The notes: generated from the letters alone by a model not told the origin. A stretch of 64,000 nt of DNA from Chrysomallon squamiferum (GCA_012295275.1 CM022677.1:17670001-17734000), one strand, 5' to 3'; shown: positions 25,909 to 40,759, counted from the stretch's first letter. Translations and numbers: made by a program.

Positions 25909-26966
25909 GCAGTTGTGTATGTGTATAAGAACATGAAATCTATTGATGTGCAGGCACATTTATAATTTTAATTTATTAAAAATGTAGATACACACACACA
26001 CACACACACATCAGACAAACACGCATACACAAGTATATAAAGCAAACATGCAGATATATACATTTTAGATCATTTCTTTCATTTCTGTAGTTCATCTCTC
26101 AGAGAAGGGAAACTTCTGTTCTCATTAAACAGTCCACATTAAATAAAAAAAAATAAATAAAATAAAAAACCCTCAGTAAAGAAAAGATTATGTTTTGAAT
26201 GTATGTCTGCACATCTGGCTTGTCTGTGAGAAATTCACAGATATAAATCTCTTCCTGTTAATAAAAGTATAAGACAAAAATAGCTTGCAGGAGACCTTTT
26301 TTTCTTTTTCTTTTTCTTTTTTCAATGTTTTGTCTGTATAAGTATTTCCGTATGTCAATGTATCAATAAACAGTGTGAAAATATTACATCATATCCTGTT
26401 TATTTTAATTTATGTAGCAGAGTTTTGTTATTCTTTCCTATGTATCTTGGTTTTTTTTTATTTATATGTCAAACACACGCACAAAAAACACACAAAAAAA
26501 CAACAACAATACAAACAAGACAAAAATATTACACATGTGATGTTTATTTTGTTATTTTATTTTATGGTCATTCTTTCCCATATCTTAGATTTTTGTGTTT
26601 CACACAAACACATTTTTTTTTTAAAATTCTTATTCTCCACTCACCCCAACATACCTTATTTTTATCACTAATCTCCTATCTCACTATTAATACAAAATCA
26701 GTGTTTTCATTCTGAATTTTGTATGTGCCTTTCACAGCCGTAATTATGTTTACTTGTATTTTGTTAGTGACATTATGACATTATAACTATTTACTAATTT
26801 CAATGTTGACACTGTAACAATGTACTCTATAATACCTTGATGCTGAATGAAAAAGACTTGCTACATTTTACTATCAGATATTTAATTTAATTTTAATTTT
26901 GTTTTTAAAAACTGAATATTTTATTCTTCATTCTGTTAAAAAACATGTCTCTTCTGAAATAATGGG

Positions 26967-27078
<112 letters not shown>

Positions 27079-27980
27079 GACACATATTCAGAAAACTTGA
27101 AAAAAAAGAAAAGATAATAAACAGTAAAGAGAAAGAATTACAATAGATATAGATGATAGATAGAAATTAGACAAATAAAGGGTGGTAGAGAGAAGAAAGA
27201 CAAAATACTGATCAGGTAGATGGATAGAAAGATAGACTGAGATAGACAGAGGGAGGGACAGACAGAACATAACCACAAACTGAGGCCAAAGTCATTAAAA
27301 TGTTTAATAGACCGAGACTGAGGAAATTAATACACAAATCTCTACATGATACGCATTTTATTACTGTCATAAAATTTGTGCATCCTGACTGAACAACCTG
27401 CACAATGGTAGCACAAATTACTAGTCTGAACAAGGGAAGCTTCCAGATATAGAGGGGGGGGAGTTTTGTTCTTATTATTTATAGAATTATTTTAAACAAA
27501 ATAGTTTATAATATACTTGTGTAAATATCACTTCTGTATTTATCACTTCTCTGTCCCAGATATCTTTTTATATATCATCCTTTTTTTTTTTTTGTCTGTA
27601 TTATCTGTTTGTCATTACATACCATTATTTCTTTCTGTTTGTTTTCTTTTTAAGTAATACATTTCTGTCCATCTTTGTTGTTTTTTGTTTGCTATTATTT
27701 CTGTCCATTTCTTTTGTTTTTTTATATTTACCATTTCTGTCTATCCATCTGTTTTATTTTTAATGTCATTATTTCTGTCTGTCTATCTTTGTTTTGTTTT
27801 TATTTACCATTACTTCTGTATGTCTATCTGTTTTGTTTTATTTTTATATACTGTTGTTTTTCTGTCTGTCTTTGTTGTCTTTTTATATACCATTATGTTT
27901 TTGATCCCATTATTCCTGTATCACCATGTCTCTGTTTTGTTTTTATATGCCATTATTTCTGCTGTCTGTTTTCTTGTTAT

Positions 27981-28234
27981 ATAACCTGTACTTTTGTCTG
28001 TCTCTCATTCTCCTTTTATTATACCTTTATTTCTAATTTTGTCTGTCTTGTTTTCCTACTCTCTGGTTTGCTCTGTTTGTCTTTGTTTCCATATCTGCAC
28101 TTGAAATAACCTGTACTTTTGTCTGTCTCTCATTCTCCTTTTATTATACCTTTATTTCTAATTTTGTCTGTCTGCTTTCCAACTCTATGGTTTGCTCTGT
28201 TTGTCTTTGTTTCCATATCTGCACTTGAAATAAC
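27981..28234. repeat. ~125-bp tandem duplication
   Basis: ataacctgtacttttgtctgtctctcattctcc... starts at 27981 and 28106. Confidence 0.9.
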
Positions 28235-28672
28235 TTGCAATCAAAGGTATTAAATTATATATAATAATTTTTGTACCATGTATTAAAAAACGAATTATTG
28301 TATTAAAGCTCTTTTTAATCATTGTATTAAATAATATATTAAAATTCTTTGCACTATAGCGTCTGGTAATGTTTAGCTGCCACCAGACACTGGGTGTTTG
28401 TGTGTATGTTTGTTCTGGTGTAACTAATATGTCATTAAGTGTAAAGTTTTAATGGTGGCAAAACTTCCTTTGTCTCTCTGTCTGTCTGTCTTATTTTAAT
28501 GGGTGCTTGCATGTTGTGGTTTTTTATTACAGATTGGTTTAATTACAGATAACAATCTTGTATTTGGTCATTTGTTGACGTTAATGCCAGTTTTAGTGTT
28601 GGAGATTACTTTATGATGTGTGTGAATGTGTGTGATGTGTGGTTATGTGTGTGAATATGTGTTTTCTGGTTA

Positions 28673-28714
<42 letters not shown>

Positions 28715-29261
28715 GGATAATGTGATGCATTCTTTATTATGCATTTGACAAAGATTTAGTGTATTTAATAATGTATATTTGTATATAATAATAATAATCA
28801 TAATAGTAATATAATGTTAATCAGGTGTATATTTGCGAAAAACCTGTTTGTGTCTGTCTGTGTTTCTGTTTAGAGATAAATACATGCATTTCTTACTTTA
28901 TATATTTGAAAGTTAATGGATGAATGATTGTGTGTGTGCACATGTGTTTCTGTGCATCTGTTTATGCAATCATTCTTGATGTAGTTGAGATAAATATGGT
29001 TGTGTGTGTGTGTGTTGTGTCAGTATATATGTATTTATGATTGAACAGGTGCATTTCATTTTTATATTTTCAGTGTGGGAGGAATGAGATTAACTAATCT
29101 AGAGCCTATTTATATATTTCTAATGGTATTCTTAAAGTAACTGAGGTTTTGAGCAAAACCAGAACTGGAGAAAGATGAAACAGGAAGGAGAACAAAAATG
29201 GAAGAGTGGAATGAATTTTTTTTTTTTAAAGCAGGATTATCAGAAATGATGTGAAAAATAG

Positions 29262-29858
29262 TGTAGAGAGAATGAGAATTAGTGTAGTGAGGAATACTGT
29301 AGAGAGAATGAGAGAATGAGAATAGTGTAGTGAGGAATACTGTAGAGAGAAGAATGAGAATTAGTGAGAGAAGAAATGAGAAATTAGAGAGAATGTAGTG
29401 AGGAATACTGTAGTTAGAATGAGAATTAGTGAGGAATACTGTAGTTAGAATGAGAATTAGTGAGGAATACTGTAGAGAGAATGAGAATTAGTGAGGAATA
29501 CTGTAGAGAGAATGAGAATTAGTGAGGAATACTGTAGAGAGAATGAGAATTAGTGAGGAATACTGTAGAGAGAATGAGAATTAGTGAGGAATACTGTAGA
29601 GAGAATGAGAATTAGTGAGGAATACTGTAGTTAGAATTAGAGAATGAGAATTAGTGAGGAATACTGTAGAATGAGAATGAGAATTAGAATGAGAAGTGAG
29701 GAATACTGTAGAGAGAATGAGAAGAATGAGAATGAGGAATACTGTAGTTAGAATGAGAATTAGTGAGGAATACTGTAGAGAGAATGAGAATTAGTGTAGT
29801 GAGGAATACTGTAGAGAGAATGAGAATTAGGGAGGAATACTGTAGAGAGAATGAGGAA
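29262..29858. repeat. Minisatellite, ~31-bp purine-rich unit GAGGAATACTGTAGAGAGAATGAGAATTAGT
   Basis: Roughly 15-20 copies, homogeneous in the centre and degenerate at the edges. Confidence 0.95.
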
Positions 29859-29965
29859 TCATAGCTCATATGAAGAAGATGAGAGATAAAGAAAACAGGA
29901 TAAACAGAAGACAAAGGTTCAGAAACTATCAATACAGAGGGAGATATCTCCTATCTCAGCCACTG

Positions 29966-30210
29966 ATTGGCTGCTGTAACAAATGATTAAATTGATAGAA
30001 CTGGACATAAAGCTGGTGTCTAATTAACATTTTATGTTTAGCAATCTTCCTAAACTTCACACCAGATCATGTGTCTGTGTGTCATTTTATTTCAGATTAG
30101 TTTTATGTGTTTGTGCTGGAACTAGGACAGCTATATACAGAACAGAGAGAGATAAAGAGAGAGAAAGATAATGCATATCTATGTATGAGAATGTGTGTGC
30201 ATGCATGTGT
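29966..30210 (+). repeat. Left arm of a ~250-bp inverted repeat (partner 36089-36341)
   Basis: Reverse complement of 36089-36341 with about 7 mismatches and one 8-nt indel by manual alignment. Confidence 0.92.
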
Positions 30211-30637
30211 GTAAGTGACTGTGTGTGTTTGAGAGAGTAAGAGAGAGAGCTCTAAACACAAGTCTAGATGGATTAGAGATGTTTAAAAACATCTGGATGC
30301 CATCATTTCTTTGTAGTCATAACATCATCAGTACAGAACAGACCTATTTGTTCTAACATTTCATCTAGTTTGACCAGTAACCCTGGATAGTTGATCTGTA
30401 AAAACTGCTGCCAGCTTGTATCATTCATTCAGAAATATTTCTGCAAAAGATGTATAATGTATTTATTATGTGTTATTTTTTTTAAGTTTAATATTTTATT
30501 TATTTTCTACATTCTCAAGACACTGTTGCAACTTCTATCATTCATTCAGAAATATTTCTGCAAAAGATGTATAACTTATTTATTATGTGTTATTTTTTTT
30601 AGATTAATATTTTAATTTATTTTATACATTCTTAAGA

Positions 30638-30672
<35 letters not shown>

Positions 30673-30778
30673 TTTTGTTTTTATTTACCATTATTTGTCT
30701 GTCTGCCCAACTGGTATTTTCTATGTCATTATTTCTCTTTAAATAATGTATATTATTTATTTTTCTGTTGTTTTTCAG

Positions 30779-31041
30779 GGATGACTTTCTGTACATGTGC
30801 AGACAACTCAACATGGAGGAGTCCGCACATGAAATCATGTTGCATCTTGGGATGGACATCACACAACAGATCTCCTTCACCGACTTCCTGCGCTGTCGGG
30901 CTCGCGTCATGCAGGAGGCGGAGCAGGCCGCGCTCCTTCCTGCCGCCGAGGACACTGGGATAGATTCTGATACCAGCGGGTTTCTTATCACCAAGGCAAC
31001 CAACATGACATCATGGCCAACAATGAGTAGTGACAGTTTAG
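30779..31041 (+). CDS. MCC: MCC exon 2: DDFLYMCRQLNMEESAHEIMLHLGMDITQQISFTDFLRCR...SWPTMSSDSL
   Basis: tttttcag| acceptor and g|gtaaaa donor; phase 2 to phase 1; CRQLNMEES, ISFxDFxRCR and SWPT...SLG match MCC. Confidence 0.93.
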
Positions 31042-31401
31042 GTAAAAAAAAATTTTTTGTTTTTTGTTTTTTGTTTTTGTTTTTTGTTTTTTTTACTTCT
31101 CACTGAAGTTGGTTATAATTGTTTGGGTATTTTTGGGTAAAATACATGCTAATGATAATTTCTACTTTTCATTCTTGTAAGTTTGTTAATCTCTATTGTT
31201 AATCTATATATGAGATTTGGAATTTTTTAAATATTGAGATATTTTACTTTGAAGTAGAAATCATGCGGTAATCGTTTTATGATCAGATTGTAAAAACTAA
31301 TCAAGAGATGACTACTTTACAACTTACAATTAAATCTATTATTTCCTTCTTGAATTTACAAAATAGAAAAAGACAGATAGAATCATGTACAAGCACTTTT
31401 T

Positions 31402-31449
<48 letters not shown>

Positions 31450-31680
31450 TTACTGATAAAGATGATGCCTTTACTTTTCACAGAACCCTGGTTTATCATG
31501 ACTGTTATTATAAATAATGTAATATGTAAATGGTGTGTGTGTTGTGTGTTTATTTCCTACTGATATTATATCTGTATATTTAGTTATATAATAATAATAG
31601 TGATAATGGTAATAATAATAATAATGATGATAATAATGATGGTAATGATGATAATAATGATAATGATGATGATCAAAATA

Positions 31681-31711
<31 letters not shown>

Positions 31712-31752
31712 TAATAATGATAATAGTAATGAAGATAATGATAATAATGTAA

Positions 31753-31786
<34 letters not shown>

Positions 31787-31807
31787 GTAGTAGGAGTAGT
31801 GGCAGTA

Positions 31808-31856
<49 letters not shown>

Positions 31857-31891
31857 TGACAACATTACTAAATAATAATTACTGTAAACAG

Positions 31892-32064
31892 GTGCCCACT
31901 CAGGAAAACCTGACAGTGTGGATTACGATTCCGGAGCCAGGGACCTCTGCAGTCCCGAACCAACCTGTTTGTCGCGCCTGATGGAGTCACATGACCCAGC
32001 TACCATTCGACAGATGCAGGAGAGTTGCTCTGCGGCAGGGAACTTTCTTGAATTAGCCAATCGG
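31892..32064 (+). CDS. MCC: MCC exon 3: GAHSGKPDSVDYDSGARDLCSPE...AGNFLELANR
   Basis: aaacag| acceptor and cgg|gtgagt donor; phase 1 to phase 0; YDSGARDLxSP and LELAN match MCC. Confidence 0.93.
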
Positions 32065-32096
32065 GTGAGTTTTGACAAAATTCAAATTGTGTTCTG

Positions 32097-32582
32097 TGTA
32101 GAGATAGCCGTAGCACATTTCTATACTTTTGAGTGGTGTTTTTTCTTATATATACAGGTATAGTCTGTATAGAGATAGCCTTAGTGTATTTCTGTACTTT
32201 TGAGTGATGTTTTTTCTTATATATACAGATATAGTCTGTACAGAGATAGCCTTAGTGTATTTCTATACTTCTGAGTGATGTTTTTTCTTATATATATACA
32301 GATATAGTCTGTATAGAGATAGCCTTAGTAAATTTCTATACTTCTGAGTGATGTTTTTTCTTATATATATATATATACAGATATAGTCTGTATAGAGATA
32401 GCCTTAGTATATTTCTATACTTCTGAGTGATGTTTTTTCTTATATATACAGATATAGTCTGTATAGAGATAGCCTTAGTATATTTCAATACTTCTGAGTG
32501 ATGTTTTTCTTATATATACAGATATAGTCTGTATAGAGATAGCCTTAGTGTATTTCTATACTTCTAAGAGATGTTTTTTCTT
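32097..32582. repeat. Minisatellite, ~71-bp unit x7 (GTATAGAGATAGCCTTAGTGTATTTCTATACTTCTGAGTGATG...)
   Basis: Copies start near 32097, 32167, 32238, 32311, 32390, 32461 and 32531; the internal (TA)n length varies. Confidence 0.95.
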
Positions 32583-33701
32583 AAATTCATAAAATGCTAG
32601 CCCTCATTTGCCTATATGTTCATTAAAATGTGCTGGTGGTTTTGCAATATTACCTCAGATCTGTCTATAATTATAAATCTGTTCATAATTTGAATCATTT
32701 ATTACAGGATTAGAAATATTACAATATCTTCTCAACAACTTGTTACAGTTTAATAAAATAAACTTAAAGCAAATGTCAATAACAGTTATAAGTGCCAATA
32801 AATAAATACAAACAGCATTTTTTAATGCCAATAAACAAATACAAATGGCACTTATTCATGGAAGTTTAAAAATGTCCTTTTTTCTACCTGTGTCCTTCTC
32901 TAGTCCCCTTATTAAAAACAAATACCTTTTCCATTGACTATTATTAAATGATTTCATAGAAAGACTAAATTTTGTTTTTTTTTTTTTTTTTAACCCTTTT
33001 TCTACCTTTGCTATATTGTACAATACTTTAAAATACTTTATTATTATTATTAAAGAAAAACAAATTTAAAAAGACATAACAATGAAGCACCTATCAAATT
33101 TATTCAATCCCATTTTGTGATGACATACCTGTGATTTATATTTCCAATTTAATGTTTTTATCACTTTTAGGACACTTTTATACCACATTTTTTTTTTTTT
33201 TTTTTTTTTTTTTGGTGGAAATCCATACAAAGATTTTTTTTTAGAAAAGGAACACTGAGAATTATATCTGTTTATGTTAAAAAAATAAAAACCACAAAAA
33301 AACCCATATACTCACCTTCACCAACAACCGAACTCTCTGTTTGTGTATGTTATGATTATATGTGTTTGTGCATGTGTTTTATGAGAGGGAGAGAAAAAGA
33401 CTTTACTTTACCTTACAAATACTGGAAAAAAACAGCAACAGCAATCATACATTAACGTCACTTCAAAACCAGCAGTTTTGAGAAGTGTTAAGTTAAAAAC
33501 AGACAGTAAAAAGTATTCATTAAGCTGTAACTAGCTATTCACTGTCGGCAACTTGAAATATTATTCTGTTCAGACTCCTTTTTTTTTTTTTTTTTTTTTA
33601 ACTTTTAAGAGAAATTCTTGAAACATTACCAGACCTGTTTGTCTTTCACCAACATCCAATAGCTCTTGCAGATCTGTGCATCACAAAAAAAAAGAGAAGA
33701 G

Positions 33702-33736
<35 letters not shown>

Positions 33737-34094
33737 AAAACAAAAAATAGAAAAGCAAAGAAAGAGAGAATACAGTGAAAGAATATTGTTCTGTTTAAAG
33801 AGTTAAGACATTTAAGCTATACTTTTCAGCACCTCTCATAAATGAAAACATACCTGCATGTGCATGCACACAAACACATGCACACAAAAATGTAAACAGA
33901 CACATTTAAAAATAGAAATAATTATAGTATAGTTTACAATAGTCTGTGTTATAAAACTGCTCAAGAACTGTCATTGTTTGTGAAGCTTAAAGCAAGTCTG
34001 TATTGTTTAAAACTTAATAGATATTCCAATTCAACCTGTGAAGCAGATTTAGTTTAAAATATCTGTCACTTCATTCTTAATGCAGGATTAAAAA

Positions 34095-34645
34095 AAATTA
34101 TCTTCTCTACAACTTAATACTGTTTGCCAAAGCAAGGTAAAGAAAATATTCTAACAAATTCTTATATTTTAAGGTGTTTATATTATCTCTACAAGTATAC
34201 CTCAGTGACTTTTATAATTTGAATAATTTATTACATTATTAGAATAACTACAGCAGCTTCTCTACAAATTAATACAGTTGTAATAATTGTAAAGAAAATA
34301 TTGTAACAAATTTTTATATTTTAAGGTGTTTATATTATCTCTACAAGTTGATAGACTCCTCAGTGACTTTTATGATTTGAATAATTTATTAGATTGTTAG
34401 AATAACTATAGTATCTTTTTTACAATTTTCTATAGTTATAAGAATTGTAAAGAAAATATTGTAACAAATTTTTATATTTTAAGGTGTTTATATTATCTCT
34501 ACAAGTTGATAGACTGACTCCTCAGTGACTTTTTTAATTTGAATAATTTATTACATTATTAGAATAACTACAGTAGCTTCTCTACAACTTACTACAGTTT
34601 TATGAATTGTTAAGAAAATGTTCTTGCTAATTTTTATATTTTAAC
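34095..34645. repeat. Degenerate ~165-175-bp tandem repeat (3+ copies)
   Basis: Recurring gtaaagaaaatatt.taacaaatt.ttatattttaaggtgtttatattatctctacaag. Confidence 0.85.
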
Positions 34646-36088
34646 ATGATTATATTTTCTTATTAGAGTCTGCAGTAGTGAATTGTAAAGTGGATTAACT
34701 TTTAAACAGTTTATGATTTGGTTCATACTATAGTGTTTTATAATAATTATAGTGTTTTCCCTACCTGTGAAGTTAACATTCATATCACTCTTACACTATC
34801 ATTTTATTTCTCTCTCTTGCTTCCTCTCAAATTTACAGCTACCGGTAAAGAAAATATACTAATACTTTTTAAAAATGTTTTATAAATGGTTGTATTTTCT
34901 CTACAACTTAGTAAAGTTTTCTGTGTGCTGGTAAAGAAAATGTTTTAAAGAATTTTTAAATTTTACCAAAATTATATTTTCTCTACCACTTAATAGTGAT
35001 AATCACTGTCATGACTTACTTTAGAATTTTCTTATAATTTAAAATATATTACATAATAATCATCTTCATCAGTTTGTTTAGTAGTTTAATAAAGAAAATA
35101 TTTTAAAGTGGATATTTAATTTTTTTAAATATTGAATAGTGATAACAATTTTATTTTGATAGAGTACGTTGTAAAGAAAATATTTTAAGCAAATTGAAAA
35201 ATACACAGTAATAGTTTCTTTAATACAGTATACCTCAGTGATTTGTGAAGTGGGTGTATTTTAACTTTATTTTAATACTACTTAATGATTATAACAATTA
35301 CTTCTTATTCAAGTTTACCAGAGTAACTGGTAATGATAATGTTCTAAATAATTTTTATAGCATTATATACTGATAATATCTCCTCCACATCTTGGTTTAG
35401 TTTACCAAGAGACTTGTAAATCAAATTTACTCAAGAAAAAAAAAAAAAAAAAAAAAAAAAATGGCTGAACAAATTAACTGCTAGTATCTTCCAAACAACC
35501 AGTGTTGGCTTGAAATGCAATGAACGTGGAGCAGGTTATCTCATTACAGCAAACACCAAAGAGCGTTAGGAGAATTCATGCCAGAAAAGTTTCCAGACTG
35601 TGTCTGCAGTTTCAAAACTGAGGCCTCCTGGGAGAGACTAGTTCCTCAGAAGCAGCAGAAGTTACCTGTTTATTAAGACTACATGGGGGCTATTAATAAT
35701 AAAAACAAACACACTCCTGCCTTGCCCAGATTCCTATCATAATTGACTTTTAAGAGTTCATCTGTAAGAATTTTTAACTCTTATCTTCAGTCAGGGAATT
35801 ATATTTTTTGTATTATTTTATTTTCCATCATAAAGTTCTATTTCTTCATTTTAATACTTTTATTATGTTATTGTTATTATTATTACTTCTTTACAATTAT
35901 TATCATTATTATGTTGTTATTATTATTATTATTATAATTATTATTATCATTATTATTAGGTGTTATTTTATTATCTATGAATTTAAGACACTTTTAACTA
36001 AAACAGAATAAATTACAAAAATTAAAAAAACAATACAACACAATCCATTAATAAAAATGAACACACAAAAACACACACACACACATAT

Positions 36089-36341
36089 ACACATGCATGC
36101 ACACGCATTCTCTTACATAGATATGCATTATCTTTCTCTCTCTTTATCTCTCTCTGTTCTGTATCTAGCTGTCCTAGTTCCAGCACAAACACATAAAACT
36201 AATCTGAAATAAAATGACACTCAGACACACTGACAGATGATCTGGTGTGAAGTTTAGGAAGATTGCTAAACATAAAATGTTAATTAGACACCAGCTTTAT
36301 GTCCACTTCTATCAATTTAATCACTTGTTACAGCAGGCAAT
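36089..36341 (-). repeat. Right arm of a ~250-bp inverted repeat (partner 29966-30210)
   Basis: For example, gtgtgaagtttaggaagattgctaaacataaaatgttaattagacaccagctttatgtcc is the reverse complement of ggacataaagctggtgtctaattaacattttatgtttagcaatcttcctaaacttcacac. Confidence 0.92.
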
Positions 36342-36565
36342 AAAAAAATTGTCCTTATTAAAAAAATATTTAACATTATTATTAATATTAAAATAATGAT
36401 TTTTTATGTTCATTCTTAAATTAAAATATTATTTCTATGGTTCATAATTGCCTGACTGTTTACATAAACTCCCATTACTGTTAACTCTTTTTTTTTCTAA
36501 AAAAACAATTTCTTCTTGAATTTATAAAATAGAAATCAACCAGAAACATGTACAAGCTGACTTGT

Positions 36566-36609
<44 letters not shown>

Positions 36610-37004
36610 AGAGTATGATAATAATAACAACAACAACAACTAATGGATAAAGATATTTAAAGATAAAGATTTTTTTTTTTTAAATTTCATTTTTACATTA
36701 TTTCTATTGTTAATAATTTGCCTAAATATCTTCAATACAAACCCATTAACACCCCAGTGGTGATTTTGGACTAATAGTGCAAACCAAGTGTGTTTTCTGA
36801 AAGGTACTTTTGTTTATGTAAGTGTTGGCTAATATCTGGTTGTCAGTACTAATTGGGTTTTTTCACCTGGCTAGGATGAACTCTCACTGCTGTGTTGTTC
36901 TCATTCTTGTCAATCTTAACATGAGTCCAGACTTTACACAGACTTGTAAAAACATGTCTGTTTGCAACTCAGACGTCTAGTGTCTATATTTAGAGACTTA
37001 ACAA

Positions 37005-37505
37005 TCTGAATTAAACTGATTTTTTAAGTTAAGAAGCAAGACATAAACTCTATATCTACATACAAAAGAGTCTTTAAATAAGTATTTGACAATTTGAATT
37101 AACCAGATTTTAAAAAAAAGTTTAAAAGTAAGAAATAAACTCTATGTTTATATATAGAAGTCTTTAAATAGGTATTTAACAATTTGAAGAAAACAGATTT
37201 TTTTCAATAAGAAGTTTAAAAGTAAGAAATAAACTGTGTCTACATATAGAAGATAGTTTAAATTGGAATTTTACAATCAGAATTTAAACAGATTTCTTTA
37301 AAAAGAAGTTTAAAAGTAAGAAATAAACTCTATGTTTATATATAGAAGAGTCTTTAAATAGGTATTTAACAATTTAAAGTAAACAGATTATTTTTTAAAA
37401 GTAAGAAATAAACTATGTCTACATATAGAAGATAGTTTAAATTGGAATTTTACAATCAGAATTTAAAGTGAATTTTTACTACACGGTGTTGAGAAATAAA
37501 CTCTG
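37005..37505. repeat. Degenerate ~90-bp tandem repeat with dimeric higher-order pattern
   Basis: Recurring aagtttaaaagtaagaaataaactct...atatagaag...tttaaat, with alternating variants. Confidence 0.8.
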
Positions 37506-38682
37506 TGGTGTACGTTTAGAATAATTGTTAATTAAATAACCTTACAGTTTAAAAATAATGAGTTAAATAGATTTTCTTTTCTTTTTTTCTTTTTAAACAA
37601 ACAATCTATTAATGAAAATTTCAACAGTTTTTCAACCTTAGAAAAACACAGTAATTTAAAAAAAAAATTATTGTTTTTTTACAACCTTAGAAAAACAGTT
37701 ATTTTTAAAGTAAACTTTTACAGCTTTACTAGAAAAAAAAGAGAAAAAAGTTGCTATTTATAACAAATCTACTATGTCAGTTTTCCAATTTCACAGGCAG
37801 TATTAAAAAAAATATATATATTTATAATTTTTCATGAATTCTCTTAACTCTGATACTGAGTCAGGCTGGGTTGGCTTTAAAGCCTACTCCACTCACTGTA
37901 ACCTCTAACTGTCTCTGTGTTTATGATTTACTGCTGAGCAAATGTTCTCTGTGTGTACTCTACCAGTCACGAGATACAGAAGATATTACACAGAGCATGC
38001 AACATTAACTCTGTAACCTCTCAATTCCTTTCTGTTTGAAGAGCCTGGCTAAACTAACTTGTTGATTTTTCTTAATGACAACAAGGGTTTTGCTTTGCTG
38101 GTCAGAAGAGAAACTCTTGTGTATGTGGTTTTTTTTGTTATTTTTTTAAAATTATTTATTAAAGGATTTGGTTTATTTATTTTTAGAACTATTTTTTTTT
38201 TAAATCACTACAAGTCATTATTATTATTTTTTTTTAATAGTGACTGTTTGATTGTTTGTTTTAGGTTTTGGTGGAATTTAGTAAATGGTGTTTTATCTAA
38301 AGTAATTGAATATATACATACATACACACATATACAAATATTCAAAAATATTCAAAAATAAAGATGCACACAATACATACAATTTGAATATATAAGCATA
38401 GAAAAATGGATATGCATGCACACAAAGTACTCAGTGCATATGCAAACACACACACACACACACACCACAATCTTATTTATATATATATTAATATACATTC
38501 ATACAAAAAACCATAACAACATGTATACATGCCAACATTCGTATATATGTAAGAAGTTTAGAGTAAGAAATAAACTGTATTTAGAAGAGTATTTATGAAC
38601 TCATGCACATATTAACATACATTCATATACATATACCAAAACATAAGTCATAGTCATCTATGTACACATGCTAACATTCATG

Positions 38683-38742
<60 letters not shown>

Positions 38743-40102
38743 GCAAGATCCCGCTATTTCTAAAAACTGCTATCCACAGAAATCACAGCTTAACATGAAA
38801 CATAAAAATAAATCGACCATGATTTCACTGGAAACATTTCCTGCATCACAGAGATTTATTTTCTATTTTATTTTTAAAAATAAAATCTTTATAAACACCT
38901 TCACCCCTTAGAAATGACAGTGCAGCAATAACTGGATGCTTTTTATGCTGCAGTTGCCAAGAGCTAAATTGTCTTTCCTTTGAACTTTTTTTTTCCAAAC
39001 CAACACTTCTGTAATGTCCTGCTACAAAGTATCTTGTATATTATAGACAATAAAATGTGATACTGTACAGCAATAGGTGAATAAACTTACTTTGATCACT
39101 GTCAGTAAAAACTTACATTGTATCGATTAGTAATACAAAAATCAAATGAACTGGTGTCTAGGTTCTTTTTTTTTTTTTTTTTAAATGGTAATGTTTCTGC
39201 TGATATGTAAATAATAGTAGACATTTGGGCAGTGGTGATGTTGATGTCCTTTTTGATGGTGATAATGATGATGATGATGGTAACTGGACATGTTGATTAT
39301 GTTGATATGTCTGTTTTGCAGTTGGTAATGACCTGATACAGAATTGACAATGTTTAATGGTGACAGTATTGATGTTAACGATGTTGATGTTAAACGATAA
39401 TGGCAGTTGCTGATGGTAACATGATGACGTGCATGCAGATGATGAATTGATGTTGACCTTATTGATGTTTAATATGCTTTTGGATTGTAATGATATCCAG
39501 TGTTAGTTAGTTAGTAAGAATTTAAATTCTTTCTCTATGAGCTAGTACATTTAGAAATACAAAAAGTATATAACTTTTACATATATATATTTATATATAT
39601 ATATATATAGGCTATAGTTGAGGTGATTAGCATTGTCCACTTCTTGGGTGGGTTTATCTGTTATTTCCCTTTCAAACCAGTTCCATTCAAATTGGTTTAT
39701 TAAAAGCTGTGATGTTGAAGATTTATTTTCTATTTTAATTTTTAAAAATAAAATCATTATAAACACCTTTGACCCTCCCCACTTAGAAATGACACCTCCT
39801 AACTGTAACCATTTTCACAATTTTCCTTATTAAAAAATTTAATTAAATTTTAACATAAATAAGAAGATTATGCGACCAAGCCATTGAAACATGTTAACCA
39901 TTCCATGCTATGATACTTGATAGTTTACAATCTTGTTTTCTGCCAATTTCCTCTCCTTTGTATGGGACAGTTTAATAGCTAATCACAGCTACCACACACA
40001 CACACACTGCATTCAGATGTTTATCTTTTCTGTATTTCACAGCTTAATGGAAATGCACTTAGATAACTGAATTACTGCTTTGTAGCATCAAAAATAACTG
40101 AC

Positions 40103-40146
<44 letters not shown>

Positions 40147-40759
40147 CTGTGTATTCATCTCTCTGTTCATCTTTCTCTCTCTTTCTGTGTGTTCATCTCT
40201 CTCTCTGTACGTTTCTGTGTGTTTGTCACTCTCTCTCTATCTCTCTCTCTCTGTCAAAAATGATATTTCTCTTTTAAATGAAATAATTGAAAACAATTGA
40301 CAAATCCCTCTCTCTGAAATGAAAATGAAATCAAAAGCAAAATAAGCATGAGAAAATTTAAGGAAAGAAAGAAAAAAATTAAGTAAGAAAGATAAATGCA
40401 AAATTTTTTTTTTTTTTTTTTTTTTTTAAAAGAGAAGAAATTACAAAGTAACAAAAATACACCACTCCTGATCTTTACATAACCAGCAATTTAATGTCAG
40501 TGTACTTAGATAATTATTTAATTTTACACTAGTGAAGAATCAGTGAGGCATGAACAACAAGAAAATCACCAACTGTAGCAAATTTGAGGGCACGAGACTT
40601 GTTACTTTTTGACCCTGTTTGATCTTCCTGTTCACATAAAAGATTTCCAGTCACGTCTGAGTCTTTGCCCTTGATCACACCTTTTCTGCTTTGTTTAGAT
40701 CAGAGATGCATGTTATAATGTATAATAACAGATTATGATTACAACTGCATATCTTACAA

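Noticed and set aside
30632-31006. 124-aa minus-strand ORF
   Set aside because: Antisense of MCC exon 2 running into (CA)n.
35461-35700. GC-elevated patch with several short ATG ORFs, a possible MCC exon
   Set aside because: No convincing phase-compatible splice pair and no MCC similarity; it may be regulatory.
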